Assembly: GCA_023205875.1 (NCBI GenBank)
Contig: CP060759.1
Location: 682,001 to 746,000, forward strand
Reading direction: 5' to 3'
DNA from: Chloropicon primus
Lineage: Eukaryota
DNA length: 64,000 bases
A model generated the notes under the pieces. That model searched no databases. It was not told where the DNA came from and saw only the letters and a list, made by a program, of their open reading frames with translations. A program made the position numbers and the translations under genes. Position 1 is the stretch's first letter. Each line of letters begins with the position of its first letter. This document shows positions 61,101-64,000 of this stretch, piece by piece.

Positions 61101-61738
61101 AAGACCTTGCACGTGCCAAGAATTTTCAAGACGATGGACTTCCCCGCCTCGGAGGACGCGCCGCTCCCGGCGTCCCCAGTGTCTATCGTGGCCAAGTCGA
61201 ACGGGATCAGGACCAGGAGCGACAGCCACAGCAGGAGCGTGCAGTGGGCCTCCCAGAACGACTCCAGCGTCATCTCGTCGTACCCGTCCGGCCTGGCCTC
61301 AGACGCCTCCTTCAGGCTCTGGAGCATATAAAACGCCGGCTCCACGTCCTCCGGGGCGCTGGGGTAAAACTTCTTCACCGTCTTGTACCCCCTAACCGTC
61401 GTGATCATGTGCAGCAGCTTGCAGACCCGCACGACCTGCGTCAAGACCTCCACCGCGTTCGAGCCCGCCTCCCGGCTAGAGCCGTAAAGGTGCTCGTGCG
61501 AGAGCCTCTTCAGGGCGCTCGAGAGCGGAAGCACGAGGTCCTTCAGGTGCGGGTCGAGGAGAGTCGACTGCTCCTTGTACTTTTCGATCATACCCTTGAA
61601 CCTGTCGACTTGTCGCCTCGCCTGCTTCCCCCCCCCTCCCCCCTCCGCCTCCCCAACCGTCTCGAGGACGATGCCCTTCATCTCCTCCGCCTCCTTCACG
61701 AGGCTCCCCTCCCCTCCCACTTCCTCCCCGTCCAACAT
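58103..61738 (-). CDS. TBCD: Tubulin-folding cofactor D
   Basis: YKEQSTLLDPHL, VRGYKTV, LVLIPFDL, DKDTIVRWSAAKGIGR, WHGGCLALAELA, VRDAGCY, FDREINCRRAASAAFQE, DYTIDNRGDIGSWVR; ATG at 61738. Confidence 0.97.
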   Translation of the reverse strand: MLDGEEVGGEGSLVKEAEEMKGIVLETVGEAEGGGGGKQARRQVDRFKGMIEKYKEQSTLLDPHLKDLVLPLSSALKRLSHEHLYGSSREAGSNAVEVLTQVVRVCKLLHMITTVRGYKTVKKFYPSAPEDVEPAFYMLQSLKEASEARPDGYDEMTLESFWEAHCTLLLWLSLLVLIPFDLATIDTGDAGSGASSEAGKSIVLKILGTCKVFLQNAGLVRDMSAYLLSQLLTRPDSAHVLKEFLEWSQANLSQDASRASDVFLTLGISCTIAAIFKHGSRLSLLPIAPLAWQVIETLESLPESKNNSLIRKLRCKLLCRVGLINLRPRLATWRYSLGSRITDGAIQGRQADAKADGEDYVEDEEDIDCIEEVEELIGSFLENLCDKDTIVRWSAAKGIGRIASRLPKDMIADIIDSILELFTKTEGDGAWHGGCLALAELAWRGLLLPQQLEDVIPKVVEALQYDVKRGAHSVGSHVRDAGCYVFWAFSRSYSSDIMGQYLPTIAKNLLVLSCFDREINCRRAASAAFQELVGRQGNIPNGIEALTIADYFTVSARKSAYLSVAPQIAAFKEYSRSLAEHLLDAKMFHWEKVLRELAAKALATLLPTLGESFGHEALGVLLLKTSDLELDVKHGAIVGLAELLPIMKEEGYELTEDEIQKIASLIERVDETKYYRGKGGTIIYEAVCCFLDGVCRAHVKLPESVVSRIDHCISFSLKHLSTLVQDYAVTAFKSLCSAYYASIPIETQIEVTATKYMGLIGKERNSLLCQGYILALGSCPANILWPCAKDVLDCLKTKAVPCGEDDGAEVEARVAAVKGITFMCRTLSDSAETEEQRKSLTGLLYDKMIPCLLETINDYTIDNRGDIGSWVRHESMEAIEVSLSALGSVAGEDDRSPSTSGKRSIETTALGALIKQSLEKIDRIRHAAYLHTRKILSIKSMAKNVECWTELQGIYEPDADHAGSGNLFEHLLEILRLEPYRNCAIQGLALSAGGLGDSVSQTAVGAMVKSVNEGGDSMLLTVAWELQAILARNAGVSRVVIPVMRTIDFLFSKAGLIDSGDVKLFEALLAEAWGSTRGCRDIVLLQVALSLIANLTYAKDPVFTASFYKLIASLVNRYPKIRRCAAEHLYMRIISFEEEEEEKFDVDRATELVTEVSWDTGAAAAIKTARLDLFACFGMEPPKKIETSKVQVEKKDNAMTSYASLVANAGY

Positions 61739-62036
61739 CTTCCCTTCGGAAAAAATAAAAAGTACAAAAGACAAAAGACAAAAGACAAAGGGCTTTGACC
61801 TTCCCGTGCCCTCCCACTCCTCACACCCTCGCCACCGATCGATCCCCGCGATCGATCGCCTCGCCTCCCTCCTCTCCCGATCGATCGAATGATCAGTCCA
61901 GTTTTCTTTTTTTGAATCCTCCTCTCCTCTCGTGATCTCGCGCCACGCTCAGGCTTAGATCGGTCGATCGATCGCGGAGGTCGAGGTGCTGGTTGTTGTT
62001 GTTGTGTTGTTTGTTGAGCGGGAAGGGGCTGGCGAG

Positions 62037-62516
62037 ATGTTGCAAGTGGTGACGAGGTTTGTGGGACGGGTGCTCTTCGCATTCCTTTTCGTGTCGTCGG
62101 GACTGTCGAAGACGCAAGGGCTTTTCGTCAACACCACGGCGATGGTGAGTTTGCTGCAACCGCGGATCATCAAGTTCGTGGAGACTTTTATGACGTTCCT
62201 TCACCTGAAGGAGGTGGACCAGCCGGAGGTGACGCCAGCGATTGCGACGTACTTGCTCTACGCGACGATATTTTTGGAACTGGTGGGCGGGGTTTGCTTC
62301 ATCTTCTTCCCTCGAGCGGGGTCTGGGCTCCTGGCGTTGTACCTGTTGTGCGTTACTCCCATCATGCACGACTTTTACAACCACGCGCCAGGTTCGCAGG
62401 CGTACGTGGCCGAGATGATCCACTTCTTGAAGAACGTGGCGCTGCTGGGGGCGACTTTTTTCGTCATGGGGACGCCGCCTCCGCAGAAGAGGGAGAAGAA
62501 GCTCAAGGCGAGCTGA
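62037..62516 (+). CDS. HR-lesion-inducing / DoxX-SURF4-like membrane protein
   Basis: GRVLFAFLFVSSG, ELVGG, TPIMHDFYN, HFLKNVALLGA; basic C-terminus (possible ER retrieval signal). Confidence 0.85.
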   Translation: MLQVVTRFVGRVLFAFLFVSSGLSKTQGLFVNTTAMVSLLQPRIIKFVETFMTFLHLKEVDQPEVTPAIATYLLYATIFLELVGGVCFIFFPRAGSGLLALYLLCVTPIMHDFYNHAPGSQAYVAEMIHFLKNVALLGATFFVMGTPPPQKREKKLKAS

Positions 62517-62712
62517 AGCTGAAGCTGAGCCGAGAGAGAGAAAGAGAGAGAGAGAGTTCACCGGACAGAGAGAGAGGGAGAGAGAGAGATCACGATCTTC
62601 TCCTCCTCTTTCTTTCGTGTCTTGTGTGTGTGTGTTGTTGTTGTTACCTTTTCTTTTCTGTAATATTACTTGCTCCTCCGTAATCAGTCCATATGTTGTC
62701 CAGGATGGAGCA

Positions 62713-64000
62713 CTAGAGTACAAGGACGCGCTTCAGGAAGCCGAGGACCGACAGGATCGAGTACGAGCCGAGGGCAAGTAAGGATGCCAGTTCCCGGCCC
62801 GACCGCTCGTGGCCCTGGCGGAACAGCCTGAACGCCTCGGTCTCGTTCCTCTCGACACCGTCCGCGCCGAAGAAGTGCACGTCGCCCAGGGAGAAGTAGG
62901 CGGCCACGTTGCCTCGAAGGACGGCCTCCTCGTAGTGCTCCACCGCCTTGGTGGGCTTGGCCTCCGCGCAGCCGTGGGTGTCGCCGAAGAGGTAGCAGTC
63001 CCCAAGCTTTTGGTGCGCCCAGCCCTTGAGCACGTCAGTGGCCTCCACACCACCCAGGATGACGTCCTCGAGTACAACCCGGGTGTCGGCGGGGTCGTCC
63101 GCCAGGAAGCGTTCGCCCTCGTCCCTCCCCAGCAGCCTCCTGAGGCCGTTGTTGCGCTTGGAACGCCGGCTGTCGAGCAGGAAGAGGATGTTGTATCCGG
63201 CGATGCTGTAGCCCAATTGAGCTGCCCTCTTGTACGCAGCGTAAGCCCCATCAAGGTCGCCATCCAAGTAGCTCTTCAGCCCCGTGGACAGCTCGTTCGC
63301 CCAAGGCCCGATCTTGGCCATTTGCCAAAAGTGCTCAAAGGCTGACGAGCAATTCCTTTCTTCTCCCCCTTCCCCATACGCTTTGAACTGGCCCAAGTAG
63401 TGGTTTGCGAGAGCACTGTTTTTTGCGGCCACCTTGAAGTACTCCACGGCCCTGGCCTTGTGCCCTGGGTCCTCATCGTTCAGAATCAAGGCGGCGTTCA
63501 AGGCGCCCTGGCTGGAGCCGAGACTCGCCGCCTCCTCGAAGTTAGCCAACGCCTCGGTGCGATTGGGTTCGAGACCCCCCTTGCCGTAGAAGTGAGCGAA
63601 ACCCAGACCGTTGTAGCTCTCTGATAAGTGGAGTCTGTCCACCGACCTTGTGGTGATGCCTTGATAAAGCTCGATCGCTCGCTGCCCTCCCCCTTGGGCC
63701 GCTCCGTCGACGAGATCGCCACGAAGAAGCATCTTCGCGAGCGCAATGCTCCCCACGTCTGACCCCAGGTCGTGAGCCATCTTGAAATAAGACAGGGCCT
63801 CAGTCATGTTCTTAGGGAAGCCATTGTGGCCGTAGAAGTGCCTGTTCGCTAAAGTGAGGGCCGCGTCTGCAGACCCGCCCTCTGCCATCGTCTTCAGAGC
63901 CCAGGAGTCGTCCGCATCAGTGCCTGCGTTATCCTGCCTCGATTGGTGCACGCGCTCAGACAGCAAAACCTCCTCGACGCTAAACTGCTGGCCCGGCCGC
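62713..64000 (-). CDS. SEL1-repeat protein (HRD3/SEL1L-like), 5'-partial
   Basis: Multiple Sel1 repeats (HFYGHNGFPKNMTEALSYF, NGLGFAHFYGKGG, LGDVHFFGADGVERNETEA) and a C-terminal hydrophobic anchor. Confidence 0.85.
   Translation of the reverse strand, partial: RPGQQFSVEEVLLSERVHQSRQDNAGTDADDSWALKTMAEGGSADAALTLANRHFYGHNGFPKNMTEALSYFKMAHDLGSDVGSIALAKMLLRGDLVDGAAQGGGQRAIELYQGITTRSVDRLHLSESYNGLGFAHFYGKGGLEPNRTEALANFEEAASLGSSQGALNAALILNDEDPGHKARAVEYFKVAAKNSALANHYLGQFKAYGEGGEERNCSSAFEHFWQMAKIGPWANELSTGLKSYLDGDLDGAYAAYKRAAQLGYSIAGYNILFLLDSRRSKRNNGLRRLLGRDEGERFLADDPADTRVVLEDVILGGVEATDVLKGWAHQKLGDCYLFGDTHGCAEAKPTKAVEHYEEAVLRGNVAAYFSLGDVHFFGADGVERNETEAFRLFRQGHERSGRELASLLALGSYSILSVLGFLKRVLVL

Noticed and set aside
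1..64000. tRNA or rRNA genes
   Set aside because: No cloverleaf or rRNA-like sequence recognised by eye; tRNAscan-SE/Rfam would be needed to exclude small RNAs.

Overview
Gene-dense, GC-rich eukaryotic nuclear DNA. It has short GT-AG introns, TGTAA near several 3' ends and (GA)n/(CT)n microsatellites, which fits a compact picoplanktonic green alga (Chloropicon-like; inference only). About 30 host genes can be supported, including a CHUP1-like gene, Pol X, a nucleotide-sugar transporter, SHMT, proteasome beta-7, a TLDc protein, NTF2/G3BP, DJ-1, CEP76, SMC2, R2R3-MYB, aldose 1-epimerase, an amine oxidase with a CW finger, Kae1/TsaD, FCF1, IFT20, MSBP, VPS13-like, TMCO1, CDT2, TBCD and SEL1L-like. 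The standout is a Fanzor2 (IS607-TnpB-derived RNA-guided nuclease) locus on the minus strand at about 7300-9875. Its RuvC triad and Zn ribbon are intact. The ORF is split by homopolymer indels that cancel out and can be rebuilt as about 706 aa from the ATG at 9753. No transposase is adjacent. A structured omegaRNA-like region follows the stop codon, and its G-U pairs favour the minus strand. A canonical splice donor sits at the predicted scaffold/guide junction, and a degenerate copy of the scaffold 3' end lies just upstream of the ATG. Other oddities are a six-copy ~150-bp tandem array at 33.9-34.8 kb, near-identical DNA between the two DJ-1 domains, and several short intergenic duplications. 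Folds, splice sites and family calls were made by eye, not computed.
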